IMG/VR virus record: IMGVR_UViG_3300043411_000942
Span: 1-64,000 of that record
Direction: 5' to 3' (one strand)
Length of the DNA stretch: 64,000 nucleotides
Shown: positions 1 through 9,599 of the stretch, one piece after another
How the letters are laid out: the number at the start of each line of letters is the position of its first letter
How positions within the stretch are numbered: the first letter of the stretch is position 1
Notes under the pieces: model-generated
What the model was told of the DNA's origin: nothing
Database searches by the model: none
The model's input: only the letters and a program-made list of their open reading frames with translations
Translations under genes and position numbers: made by a program

Positions 1-498
1 ATGGTCCACGTAGTACCGCCTGTAAGTTACCGCAGTGTAGTGGTGTTTACCTAGCACGGCATTTGAAAGCGCTAGGGACGACATCAGAGGAGCTTTGGTT
101 GCCTCGTGAAGGTCATGTCGAAGATTCTGGAATCCTTGCAAGGACGTAAAAAACCGTTCGCGTTCACTCCGATCCGAGAGAATGGTGTGAAAATTCAAGA
201 CTGGGAACCCGATGAATGATGGCCTTTTCCTACCCATGGTAGACCTCAACAATTGCCTGAACCGCCCCTGCTAACGTTGAGTAGTGAGTTTGGTCCAACG
301 CATAGCCTACCTTTGATGTAGTTGCAACCTCATACTCACTATTACCTACCTGCGTGATTGCGAAGCCATTCGTGTAGACACGAGGCTCACCTTCAGATGG
401 ATCTGAAAGTGAGGTGCCTCCGTGAATTCGAAGTGGCTCTAAGCTAACCAACCTTGAGACTAAGCCAGCAGCGACAAGCCGTTCTAACATGGAAGGTA

Positions 499-2157
499 TC
501 ACTCAGTGCTCATTTCTACGGTTGCCAAGTCCTCTGGGATCTTACCGCTGGTGGCAAGTCCAGTGATCAGCCGATTGATCTGACTCCTCTTAGCCGCATC
601 CAGTGGTCCAGCCCTACGAGGGCTTGGTAGCCGTAAAGTAAGGAACAATGACTCGGTAAGTGTGAGTCGCATGGGAGTTGTATCGAGCAGCTTCTTCGTT
701 GCGGGGCCTATTCCGTAGAGGTCTGGTCCGAACTCCACAACATTGAGGTACAGCTCTAGGATCTGAAACTTGGAGAGGTGGCTCTCTAAGTCAATCGTTA
801 GGAAGGCCTCTTGAACCTTTCGCCCAAGGGTCTTGGATCTCGCTAGCCATAGGTTTTTGGCGAGTTGCATGGTCAGGGTACTTCCTCCACGCAAGGGCTT
901 CTCAGCCTTCAGGTTAGCCGCAATAGACGACACCAAAGCCTCTCGAATAAACCCATGGTGTAGGAAGAAGGCCCCATCCTCCGTGGTCAGTAACGCTGTA
1001 ATTACGTTTGGGCTAATCTCTTGAAGAGGGACCCAGTCCTTTGTCTTGGACCCTGACACCCTACTCGTTTCACCGTTAGCTCCGACTTGGTACTGAAAGG
1101 AGTCTTTTAGGCTAGCTACCGCAGGGGATACGGTAGACTTACAACCCAGATTCCACCGTAGCTTAACCTCTGGCTTCAACTCTAGGTCAAAGTCAAAGCT
1201 CCCCGTATAGGTGGACCCAAGTAGTATAGGAGTTTTTAGTTCTGTTGGCAGTGCTGAGAACCAAGCACTGCAAGTCTCCGCCCCCCACACCCTCCTTTTT
1301 TCGAGGTTGAAGTGAAGCGTTGCCGAGTCAATTCGAACTCGCTGATCGGAACTAGTAAGTTTATCTAGGCCTACTGGTCCCACTTCGATTGACTTGAACG
1401 TCGTAGGTAAGCAGTTGCCTTGATGATCCGTGTGTAATTGCTTTGAGCACACCACGAGAGACTCCAACGTGCCGAGTATCCCCTCTGGTGTTTGCTCTAC
1501 CTTCATACCTGCGGCAGCTAACCCGGCCCCAAAGGCACTCGTAGTAATCGACCCTACTTTGAGGGTCTTATTCGCCAAGTGGGCCGTGACCTTTTGAAAT
1601 GAGACCTTACCTAGGGTATGCCCCATCACTTGCCCTCTAGGCGTAAACTCCCCGCTATCTAGAAGTACTTGAGAGCCTGTCCGGGTGAGAGTCACACCCT
1701 TCGCGTCAAAGTCTCCTCTGGGGTGGTAGCCACTAACCGTCTCAGCCACGACAGCTTGAGACCCAAAACGCACCCCACCTAGAGTCGCGAAAGACTCTTC
1801 GTACGTAGCGTAAACCTCCAGGTCTTCCCCAGTGACTAGGTACCCATCACTTTTCTCATCGCCTTTAGCTCCCTTTGGCTTCTGACTCAGAGCTATATTG
1901 ACGCTACCACCCTGCAAGTGAACTTGCTTTGTGTCTCGCCACACATAGACCTTCGGGAAGCTACCCTTCAGCCAGCCCCGATTAACCGTCACGCCTGTTA
2001 GGAGCACTCCGCCTCTTAGGGGAGCTACTATCTCCACTTTCGTTACGGTTACCCCTGACTTTTCATTGAGGTAAGCTCGAATAGCAATGGGAGCCCCAAA
2101 CCAAAATGCCACTAGGGTAATGGCGAGACCAATCAAGAAGGCGTACTTTTTATTCAT
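499..2157 (-). CDS. Membrane-anchored monofunctional peptidoglycan transglycosylase (GT51/MtgA-like C-terminal domain)
   Basis: GT51 motifs EDGAFFLHHG, GGSTLTMQLAKNL, RKVQE and ILELYLNVVEFG. N-terminal transmembrane helix follows the likely start MNKKY (2157), which overlaps the stop of the upstream gene. No transpeptidase domain. Confidence 0.9.
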   Translation of the reverse strand: MNKKYAFLIGLAITLVAFWFGAPIAIRAYLNEKSGVTVTKVEIVAPLRGGVLLTGVTVNRGWLKGSFPKVYVWRDTKQVHLQGGSVNIALSQKPKGAKGDEKSDGYLVTGEDLEVYATYEESFATLGGVRFGSQAVVAETVSGYHPRGDFDAKGVTLTRTGSQVLLDSGEFTPRGQVMGHTLGKVSFQKVTAHLANKTLKVGSITTSAFGAGLAAAGMKVEQTPEGILGTLESLVVCSKQLHTDHQGNCLPTTFKSIEVGPVGLDKLTSSDQRVRIDSATLHFNLEKRRVWGAETCSAWFSALPTELKTPILLGSTYTGSFDFDLELKPEVKLRWNLGCKSTVSPAVASLKDSFQYQVGANGETSRVSGSKTKDWVPLQEISPNVITALLTTEDGAFFLHHGFIREALVSSIAANLKAEKPLRGGSTLTMQLAKNLWLARSKTLGRKVQEAFLTIDLESHLSKFQILELYLNVVEFGPDLYGIGPATKKLLDTTPMRLTLTESLFLTLRLPSPRRAGPLDAAKRSQINRLITGLATSGKIPEDLATVEMSTE

Positions 2158-2752
2158 TATTCCTCGGGGCACGACGGCCGTTGTGGACCCGGAATCCCAT
2201 ATCTTCGCCGTCTTCGATGCATGGGTGCATCGGCACTGCACCGCAGTCAGGGCATGCAACCTCAATGTTGAGTAGCTGCAAGTCCTCATTGCGGAACCCT
2301 ACAACCGCAGCGAGTAAACGAGCAACAGCCGCCTGTTTTACAGCCTTACTTTGGGTACCTGTTGCCCACCCATGGTAGGATGTACCTCCAATATCCAAGA
2401 CTACCTCAGTAGTGAATGTCAAATTGTCTTCGGGTCCTGTGCGAGATGACTCATACCTTGGGGTGGAGTTGGCTTTGTTTTGGCAGTATAGGGCTAGGAC
2501 CTTTACTGCTACGTCGTGGCGAGACTGCAAGTACTTCGCTGTAGCTAATTGAACAGGCCTCCACCCAAGCTCATAGGCATCGAAGATTACCGTATGAAGG
2601 CATGACAAGGAGACTCTATTCTCCGCCAACCTATGTAAATAAGCCTGGTGTAGCTCGGGTGGGAGGACATTGGTAGAATTTGCCCAAGATTGAACAACCC
2701 GCTCAAAGTCCTTTGCATTGAAGCCCTCAAGTTGTCGAAGGTCTAAGCTCAT
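2150..2752 (-). CDS. dsRNA-binding-domain (dsRBD) protein with C-terminal Cys/His zinc-finger-like motif
   Basis: VKVLALYCQNK..TPRYE..RTGPEDNLTFTTEV...GWATG..SKAVKQAAV matches the dsRBD pattern. C-terminus CPDCGAVPMHPC..HNGR. Start taken as MSLDL. Confidence 0.65.
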   Translation of the reverse strand: MSLDLRQLEGFNAKDFERVVQSWANSTNVLPPELHQAYLHRLAENRVSLSCLHTVIFDAYELGWRPVQLATAKYLQSRHDVAVKVLALYCQNKANSTPRYESSRTGPEDNLTFTTEVVLDIGGTSYHGWATGTQSKAVKQAAVARLLAAVVGFRNEDLQLLNIEVACPDCGAVPMHPCIEDGEDMGFRVHNGRRAPRNNE

Positions 2753-2766
2753 AGGTACCGATCCAT

Positions 2767-2998
2767 CTAGAGTAACCCAGAGTAGTAATCTGCCCACATA
2801 TCATCCCAAAACTGATGATGGTCTATAGCACAACCTCTACATAATGGTATGGGGGCGTTAGGATCTAGGATGGGCTCCTCTAAGATCCGCTCTATTCGCG
2901 TTTGGGGTACTGACTCGTAGCAGGTCCTAGAGGGCTCTAATTTCACTTCGTCCCCCTCAGCCCCCTCAGTTTGACAGCGACAACAAAGCATGTACATC
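2767..2998 (-). CDS. Small Cys-containing hypothetical protein
   Basis: ORF with CxxC/CxxC motifs, abutting the next gene. Start approximate. Confidence 0.45.
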
Positions 2999-3124
2999 AT
3001 GCCCCACCAGGTAAACAATGCCAGGTCCTAGCAGGACCGCCGAGATGAACACGAATGAAATGACTTTCTGATGCATCTAGCCCATCTACACCAAAAAGAG
3101 CGGCAACCGCAAAGAAAAAAACCG

Positions 3125-3150
3125 TTAAGGTTCGCGTTAAGGTGTACGTA
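3125..3150 (+). promoter_or_regulatory. Phage promoter motif TTAA-N18-CGTA; ATG 9 nt downstream (3160)
   Basis: ttaa ggttcgcgttaaggtgta cgta agagagagt atg. Confidence 0.75.
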
Positions 3151-3159
3151 AGAGAGAGT

Positions 3160-3531
3160 ATGAACATCAATCCTACGACTTTGAAAGATGCTGGTTACCG
3201 AGGCCCCTACTCCCAGCCTATCCATGGGGATTTCTGCCGAGGTTTGTACCAGAAGACCGTTTACGGTCAAGCTCATGGCAAGGTGATGAAGAGCTACTTC
3301 CTCAACGTCCTCATCTGGGAGTTCCCAAACCGCCCCCTGAGCGCTAGCGTGGACGTGGTCTTCTCCCAAGAGGATGGCCTGACCTCGCGTGGAAGTGAGG
3401 GCCGTGATTGTTACACCTCGTTCAAGGTGGACCTTTACCTTGGCGGTGACACAACCATCGAGCAAATGGAGGAGTTTTACGCGAAGCTCTACCTGAAGCT
3501 TGAGTGTACTCCGGACGTCCACAACAACTGA
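3160..3531 (+). CDS. Hypothetical protein
   Basis: ORF; start placed 9 nt after the promoter motif. Confidence 0.7.
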   Translation: MNINPTTLKDAGYRGPYSQPIHGDFCRGLYQKTVYGQAHGKVMKSYFLNVLIWEFPNRPLSASVDVVFSQEDGLTSRGSEGRDCYTSFKVDLYLGGDTTIEQMEEFYAKLYLKLECTPDVHNN

Positions 3532-3539
3532 GATTGAAC

Positions 3540-4073
3540 ATGACGCAAGTTACAAGATTCAGAGATATTCCACCCTACACTAAGAGCCCACCCTACACTG
3601 TGAATGTAGGGTTGGGTTACTTGGTGGCACACTATACCATGTGTGTAACCGAGTGGGGTCTGGACGTGTCCCCAGACTTCCAGAGGGCTTACGTCTGGAC
3701 GGCTAATCAGAAAGTCAGTTTCGTGGAGTACTTCCTACGTGGAGGGTCCTCTGGAGTGGACATCTATACGAACTGTCCTACTTGGAATTCCATGGTACCC
3801 CCATTGGACCCCAAGTCATGGTTCGTTCTTGTCGATGGGAAGCAGCGACTTGACGCATTGCTCGGGTTTCTTAACAACGAGTTCCAAGTGTTCGGGGGAA
3901 GCTACTTTCGAGACTCACCAATGATGAGGCAAGTTGACCACACAACTGGTAAGATTATCTACCGTCGAGACTCGATTACTGAGAAACTAATAGCTAATCG
4001 TGTGAATCAAGCAGTTACAAATGCTTGGAAAGGGGTGGCTCCAATCAAAGAGAGCCCCCGAATCCTCCATTGA
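3540..4073 (+). CDS. DUF262 (ParB/Srx-like, GmrSD N-terminal) domain protein
   Basis: PDFQRAYVW and VDGKQRL signature motifs. Confidence 0.8.
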   Translation: MTQVTRFRDIPPYTKSPPYTVNVGLGYLVAHYTMCVTEWGLDVSPDFQRAYVWTANQKVSFVEYFLRGGSSGVDIYTNCPTWNSMVPPLDPKSWFVLVDGKQRLDALLGFLNNEFQVFGGSYFRDSPMMRQVDHTTGKIIYRRDSITEKLIANRVNQAVTNAWKGVAPIKESPRILH

Positions 4074-4148
4074 GGAGTTTGCCAATTCTGGTGGCTACTT
4101 TGATGCTTTTGGGGTATACGCTGGTCAACCCAAAACCAAGAGGCACAG

Positions 4149-5366
4149 ATGCTAAGTGAACTTGAGATTCAGCTAGTAACCAAGTATATCTTGAGCCTCG
4201 ATGAGCGATCAGACCGCTATGGGGATGAGTTGGTAGACCACGTACTCCATCGCGTATCCTATCTCAACTATGATGATGGGGTCGATTGGGACACCTATGG
4301 AGCTATCTGCTCGTTTAGGGATGCGTTTGAAGATGAAGCACGAGTGGCCTTTGTTGAGAGAGTCCTCCAAGGAGATAGCCCACAAGTAAGTGCCAAACAA
4401 CCCGATGCCCCATGTCACATTCTGGCTGCGAGTCAATTTGACATCAAGACTATCGACCTCGTATTCAAAAGGGCTCAGGAAATAGAGCATTCGACAACTG
4501 AGAGACTTCTACACAAGCTACAGGGTAAGACCTTGGCTTGCGTTTTCTATGAGCCGTCTACCCGAACATCCTCCAGCTTCATTGCTGCAATGGGTAAGCT
4601 TGGTGGGAACGTGATACCCATCACACAAGGGGTCCAGTACTCAAGTGTTTCCAAGGGTGAGTCGCTAGAAGATACGATCGTCACCTTGGGTCAATATGCA
4701 GATGCAATTGTTCTTCGTCATCCTACGGTAGGGGCTTCAGCTCTTGCGGCTAGCGTTAGTCCCGTGCCAATCATCAATGCAGGGGATGGTATTAGTGAGC
4801 ACCCCACGCAAGCTCTTCTAGACCTCTACACGATCCAAAGAGAATTTGGGCGTACCTCCAACCTTAAGGTAGCCTTTGTAGGGGACCTTGCGAATGGACG
4901 GACGATCCACAGCTTAGCTGCACTCTTAGCGCTCTACCCAGGAAATGAGTTCTCCCTGGTATCCCCATTCCTACTGAAGCTAAGTCATGATTCGGCTCCT
5001 TACCTGCGAATCAAAGACAAGGTAACCCATGAGATTCACGTAAAGGATAGCCTGGTAAAGGCTGAGGAGGTCTTGGCAGAGGCAGACGTGGTCTACATGA
5101 CGCGAATCCAGAGAGAGCGGTTCGGGTTCCTAGAGAACTACTCTGAGGTAAAGGACTCCTGCATCCTCACGGAGGAGCTAGTAAGGAAGCTCAAGCCCTC
5201 GGCACGTATTCTACACCCCCTCCCGCGAGTCAACGAGATTCCAAGGGAGATCGACTCTGACCCTAGAGCGGCCTACTTCCGAGAGGTCAAAATGGGGCTT
5301 TACGTGAGGATGGCCCTCCTAGACCTAACAATGGGGTCTACCTCCCCTTGGCTACCCAACCTATAA
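4149..5366 (+). CDS. pyrB: Aspartate carbamoyltransferase catalytic subunit with an N-terminal extension of about 85 aa
   Basis: FYEPSTRT, SKGESLEDT, LRHP, INAGDG..EHPTQALLD, GDLANGRT, YMTRIQRER and HPLPR motifs. Confidence 0.96.
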   Translation: MLSELEIQLVTKYILSLDERSDRYGDELVDHVLHRVSYLNYDDGVDWDTYGAICSFRDAFEDEARVAFVERVLQGDSPQVSAKQPDAPCHILAASQFDIKTIDLVFKRAQEIEHSTTERLLHKLQGKTLACVFYEPSTRTSSSFIAAMGKLGGNVIPITQGVQYSSVSKGESLEDTIVTLGQYADAIVLRHPTVGASALAASVSPVPIINAGDGISEHPTQALLDLYTIQREFGRTSNLKVAFVGDLANGRTIHSLAALLALYPGNEFSLVSPFLLKLSHDSAPYLRIKDKVTHEIHVKDSLVKAEEVLAEADVVYMTRIQRERFGFLENYSEVKDSCILTEELVRKLKPSARILHPLPRVNEIPREIDSDPRAAYFREVKMGLYVRMALLDLTMGSTSPWLPNL

Positions 5367-5388
5367 CATACTTATCCTGAGGTTAGGT

Positions 5389-6330
5389 ATGTCCTTCAAC
5401 GCCAGAGAAGCGGTTCGTCTACTCCTTGCTATGTCTATGGAGGAGGCCAAGCAAGCACTAGGATTTGCCCCAAATGCGAATCCTAGCTCGGGAGAGATCC
5501 AACGAGCCTACCGCGCAAAGGCTATTCAAAATCACCCTGACCGTGGAGGCGACCCAAAGAAGATGGTCGTCATCAACGTAGCTAAGGAGATATTGGAGGG
5601 GAAGCGAGTAAACGATAAGACCGAGTACACCCCGGACGTTGAGGATGCTGGAGTAAAGAAGCAGCGTCAACAAGAGGCGTTTGTTGCGGACGTGAAAGCG
5701 GAGAAGACGAAGGTAGAGAGTGCATTCGAGGCGGCAAAGGCGGCAGTACTATACCCATTCGGTAGACACACTATACCATTTCCTGAGTTCTTGGACACTG
5801 CCTTCGAGTCGATAGCCAAAATCCAGGATGAACTTCAGGATGGACTGGACAATTCCCCTCAGCAGGACCCGGATTGGTTAAAGACGCAGCAACTTTGCGA
5901 CACCATCGTCGGTAAGATGCGGCGAGTAGACCAGCAACGCATGGTAGTTTTACCACACATTCTCACCTTCAAGGATATCGAGTCTCGATTCAAGAAAATG
6001 GAGACTCTCCTTAAGTCTTATGAGGCCTTAATGGCGGAATCCTCTAAGCTCGTAGGCCTACTCAATACCAGTGAAGATGTACCATTGACCTGGGATAGCA
6101 TCTACTACCATACTCACGGTATGTTCTCGGCCTACCTGTCGAACCTTCGTGACACATTGAAGGGGTCAGAGCTAAAGCGACTCGAAAAGCAACTGAAAGA
6201 CAGTAGAGAGGCTATCAGTAAGAGCAAGACTGCCAATAAGATCGGCGGGTTTACTCCTATCAGACAATGGGACCAGCTGGAATTCCCTACAAGCTTCGAG
6301 GACCTCCTAGACTTCGTGGGGTCTAGGTGA
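5389..6330 (+). CDS. N-terminal J-domain protein
   Basis: LG....S.GEIQRAYRAKAIQNHPDRGGD..KMVVINVAKEIL. Confidence 0.85.
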   Translation: MSFNAREAVRLLLAMSMEEAKQALGFAPNANPSSGEIQRAYRAKAIQNHPDRGGDPKKMVVINVAKEILEGKRVNDKTEYTPDVEDAGVKKQRQQEAFVADVKAEKTKVESAFEAAKAAVLYPFGRHTIPFPEFLDTAFESIAKIQDELQDGLDNSPQQDPDWLKTQQLCDTIVGKMRRVDQQRMVVLPHILTFKDIESRFKKMETLLKSYEALMAESSKLVGLLNTSEDVPLTWDSIYYHTHGMFSAYLSNLRDTLKGSELKRLEKQLKDSREAISKSKTANKIGGFTPIRQWDQLEFPTSFEDLLDFVGSR

Positions 6331-7394
6331 GTATCCTTGCTAGGGTCGTCTACCGGTTTGCAGCGACCAAACAAGAGACCGCCTTTCTTGCTCTTCTGGA
6401 GAAGGTACGCAAAGGGGCAGACTCCTCTCTCAAAATACCACAGCTACTGCAAATTCTAGACTACCTTGGTGGTTGGACTTACAAGGTGGTTGATGGCCTG
6501 AAGGCTCCTTGGGTTACGAAGCCTAAGATAGTATCCACGGATACGCTAACCGAGGCAGAGGTTACGGAACGGTATCAAGATCGTTTACGCTTAGAGACCG
6601 GGCCGAAGCAGCTTGGGAAGTTCTACCCCTTTGATCTTACAGAGCCCAAGATACTGCCTGGTGGTAGTTTCGGGTTCACCTACAAGGAGTACATCCTAAC
6701 CAATGGCATCCTATTCCGATCCCCAGAGGGGAAGGAGTATGAAGCTTTCAATCGAAATGCTCAGGGTGAGCCACTACAAGGCGTGGTATGGGAGCCTAAG
6801 CTCAAAGAGTGGCTTAGGAAGGAGACCAAGTTCCTTGACCAGATCTCTCAGGTACTTGGCGTAGCTACGCCTTCTGATTCGGGAGTGACTCCAACGTCAA
6901 CCGGGCTGAGTCAATCGAAAGTTAGGGACTTGAGTGGTACGGGTACCTGCCCTGCCTGCTTCCGTAACATCAAGCTCAAGAAGAATGGAGACCAGTACAA
7001 AATGGTCCTCCATGGCTACGAGCGTCCAGGTTGGGGTTACACGGAAGGTCGTTGCATAGGCGTAGACCACCCACCCTTCGAGGAGAGCCCCAAAGGAACC
7101 AAAGAGGTCGTCAAGGTGCTTACAGACCGAGTAAGAGGTCTCCAGCGCTACCTGAAGGACCTAGAAGCCGGAAAGTTTGACGCTATCTCTACGAGAGGTA
7201 ATGCAATCGTTCGCAAGGGGGACCCATCTTGGACCAAAGAGTTCATTGCGAAAGTAGCTGAGGTCGAGTACGACATCAAACAGTTGGACGCAGACATTCA
7301 CTCGTTTGAGCAGCTGATTCAAAAGTGGACTAAGGCCGACCTTCCTAAGGTAGGGGATAAAGTAGCCCCTCCACCACGCTTCCTTACCTTGTAG
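6327..7394 (+). CDS. Hypothetical phage protein with CxxC..HGY..C zinc-binding motif
   Basis: 355-aa ORF coupled to the upstream gene; GTCPACFR..HGYERPG..C.G. Confidence 0.7.
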   Translation: MSILARVVYRFAATKQETAFLALLEKVRKGADSSLKIPQLLQILDYLGGWTYKVVDGLKAPWVTKPKIVSTDTLTEAEVTERYQDRLRLETGPKQLGKFYPFDLTEPKILPGGSFGFTYKEYILTNGILFRSPEGKEYEAFNRNAQGEPLQGVVWEPKLKEWLRKETKFLDQISQVLGVATPSDSGVTPTSTGLSQSKVRDLSGTGTCPACFRNIKLKKNGDQYKMVLHGYERPGWGYTEGRCIGVDHPPFEESPKGTKEVVKVLTDRVRGLQRYLKDLEAGKFDAISTRGNAIVRKGDPSWTKEFIAKVAEVEYDIKQLDADIHSFEQLIQKWTKADLPKVGDKVAPPPRFLTL

Positions 7395-7401
7395 GAGTAA
7401 A

Positions 7402-8079
7402 ATGCTCTCAATTATCTCAAATGTCGTAGCTAGGTGGAAGAAAAAGGCTAACAACGAGTCCGTCTGGGCCGTAGGATCTGAGCGTAAGGACTACGTTGAG
7501 GTTGTTTGGGACATGTACAAGTCCTCCTACCAAAAAATCGGCATGCACGTCTCAAGCCCTGCGGGTCTCTTGGACTACGACAAGTGGGAAATTATGCTTG
7601 ACGAAGACAAACCCGTAGCTTTCAACCTGTACAAGAGCACCTCGATGGGGTTAAAGGTTGGGTTGGCAGGTACGGATGGATCGTCTGTAGGCAAGGGTAT
7701 GATGAAAGACCACTTCAAGGCTCGACTTATGCGCCCTGGAGTGTACGCTGAAGTTAGCCATGCCGTAGAGCGTCTAAGTGCCGGAGCCCCTGTCGTTTGT
7801 GCTGTACACGTACCCAAGGTTCTCGGTAAAACTGTAGTACCCCAAGAAGATGGAGTACACTACCAAAGGTCACTGGAAGGGTTAGGTCCTGTGGTGAAAA
7901 AGTTGATTGGGAACCCCAAAGGGGTTCCGTCTGGTTCGGAAAATGCGTGTGAGATCTATGCTAACCCAGGGGAACCACTATCCCCCGAAGAGGCTGTAAG
8001 GCTCGCAGCTGAGCATAAGGTGAGTCAAGAGATTGACATGGCAGAGCATGCCTCTTGTCAACTTGACCTAGACGACTGA
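7402..8079 (+). CDS. Hypothetical protein
   Basis: 225-aa ORF with an AGGAG Shine-Dalgarno (SD) sequence. Confidence 0.75.
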   Translation: MLSIISNVVARWKKKANNESVWAVGSERKDYVEVVWDMYKSSYQKIGMHVSSPAGLLDYDKWEIMLDEDKPVAFNLYKSTSMGLKVGLAGTDGSSVGKGMMKDHFKARLMRPGVYAEVSHAVERLSAGAPVVCAVHVPKVLGKTVVPQEDGVHYQRSLEGLGPVVKKLIGNPKGVPSGSENACEIYANPGEPLSPEEAVRLAAEHKVSQEIDMAEHASCQLDLDD

Positions 8080-8097
8080 ATGCTCTATAAGAGGGGC

Positions 8098-9540
8098 ATG
8101 AAGAATCTACGAACTGTTCTAAGTCTCCTAGGTCTTGGGCTACTGTCCTGTCATGCCTCAGAGCGTTCTTTGGGCTTGACTCCTGTGTCGTTTACGAAGG
8201 GGTCAATCTTCACTACGAACTCTGGTACGACCAATTGGGCTTACGTCCCTCTAGCCTACGATAGCTCCCATGCTACGCCGATGCCGATGTTTGTTTGGCT
8301 CCATGGGTGTGGCGGTCGAGGACAGTACGATATCGACATGGTCTCTCCAGGAGGCTCATCTCAGACCTGGATCTCCCTAGCCGTGGGAGGGCGTGAAGGT
8401 TCGTGTTGGTCGAATCTAGGAGTGGATGGCCCCAAGGTCCTTGCAGCTATTGCGGACATGAAGTCTCACTTCAATGTGGACTCCCGACGAGTTGTGCTTG
8501 GAGGTTACTCCTCTGGTGGTGACATCGGTTATCCTCTCGTGTTCCAGAATGCAGACATGTTTGCAGGTGCGATCTTCGAGAACACCGCACCTAGTAGCGA
8601 AGCTCTTACTCTGGCACCCTCCGCAAAGTGGAAGCTCAACCTGGTTCAAATTTCCCACCTATCGGACACGACGTACCCTATCTCTGGAGTTCGGTCAAAA
8701 ATGGCTACCTTGGCCAGCCTAGGGTTTCCAGTAAGCACCATCGAGAAGACTGGAACTCACTGGGATAACGACACTGGAACCTCAGGTACCAAATACGACC
8801 TGGTGATGTTCGGGCTACCCTTTCTCAAGCGTGGGTGGGCTACACCAGCTCCTGCTTGTACTTACAGCTACTCGGCATGGGCAACATGCGCCTCCAGCGG
8901 ATCGCAAACTCGGACAATTCTGTCGAGTCTTCCTGCTGGATGTGAGGGGACCCCTCAGCCGCTGCAACAAGCTTGCGTTTACGTGCCTCCTACGTGCTCA
9001 GACTTCACCTACTCCGCTTGGTCGGAGTGTGCCCCAACGAGTAGCCAAACGCGTACAGTACTGACCTCTGCTCCCGCAAGCTGTGTTGGTGGAGCCCCCG
9101 TGCTGAGCCAAGCTTGCACATACACGGTACCCGACCAAGACAAGGACGGGATCGATGACAAGCTGGATGCTTGCCCTACGGTCGCAGGAGTGAGAACTTC
9201 GGACCCTACAACGAATGGCTGTCTAGCTCTCGTGGTATCGTCTAAGAAGACTGCGGATTGGGGGACAGGATACTGCCGTAAGTTCTACATGCGCAACCCA
9301 AACCCCAAGGCAATGAAGTGGGTTGACATGACAATCAAGTTGGGGGACGGTCGACTTCGCGGTCCAGGAGCCGTGTGGGGAGGAGTATTTCCGGACCCCG
9401 CAGCTACAGGCACCATCGTGGTAACTCCAGTAGCCTGGACGAGTACAGTCAACCCTGGAGTTACCATTGAGACGGTAGGCTTGTGCGCCAACTACGGCCC
9501 AAGCAAAGTCTCTGCTTCTGTAGGCAGCCTGAAACTGTAA
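8098..9540 (+). CDS. Secreted lipoprotein: alpha/beta-hydrolase (PHB-depolymerase/esterase-like), two TSP1-like repeats, a Ca-binding TSP3-like repeat and a CBM2-like C-terminus
   Basis: Lipobox LLSC; WLHGCGG; nucleophile elbow GYSSGG; two C..YSAW..C....QTRT repeats; DQDKDGIDDKLDACP; DWGTGYC. Confidence 0.75.
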   Translation: MKNLRTVLSLLGLGLLSCHASERSLGLTPVSFTKGSIFTTNSGTTNWAYVPLAYDSSHATPMPMFVWLHGCGGRGQYDIDMVSPGGSSQTWISLAVGGREGSCWSNLGVDGPKVLAAIADMKSHFNVDSRRVVLGGYSSGGDIGYPLVFQNADMFAGAIFENTAPSSEALTLAPSAKWKLNLVQISHLSDTTYPISGVRSKMATLASLGFPVSTIEKTGTHWDNDTGTSGTKYDLVMFGLPFLKRGWATPAPACTYSYSAWATCASSGSQTRTILSSLPAGCEGTPQPLQQACVYVPPTCSDFTYSAWSECAPTSSQTRTVLTSAPASCVGGAPVLSQACTYTVPDQDKDGIDDKLDACPTVAGVRTSDPTTNGCLALVVSSKKTADWGTGYCRKFYMRNPNPKAMKWVDMTIKLGDGRLRGPGAVWGGVFPDPAATGTIVVTPVAWTSTVNPGVTIETVGLCANYGPSKVSASVGSLKL

Positions 9541-9555
9541 AGCGTACCTCTCGAA

Positions 9556-9597
9556 AGAAAGAAGGGAGTCTCCCAATTGGAGGCTCCCTTCTTTTCT
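9556..9597. terminator. Bidirectional intrinsic terminator between convergent genes
   Basis: agaaagaagggagtctcc-caatt-ggaggctcccttcttttct. Confidence 0.85.
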
Positions 9598-9599
9598 GC

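Noticed and set aside
3540-4073. Complete GmrSD/Dnd-type restriction system
   Set aside because: Only an isolated DUF262 domain is present, with no HNH/DUF1524 partner or modification genes.
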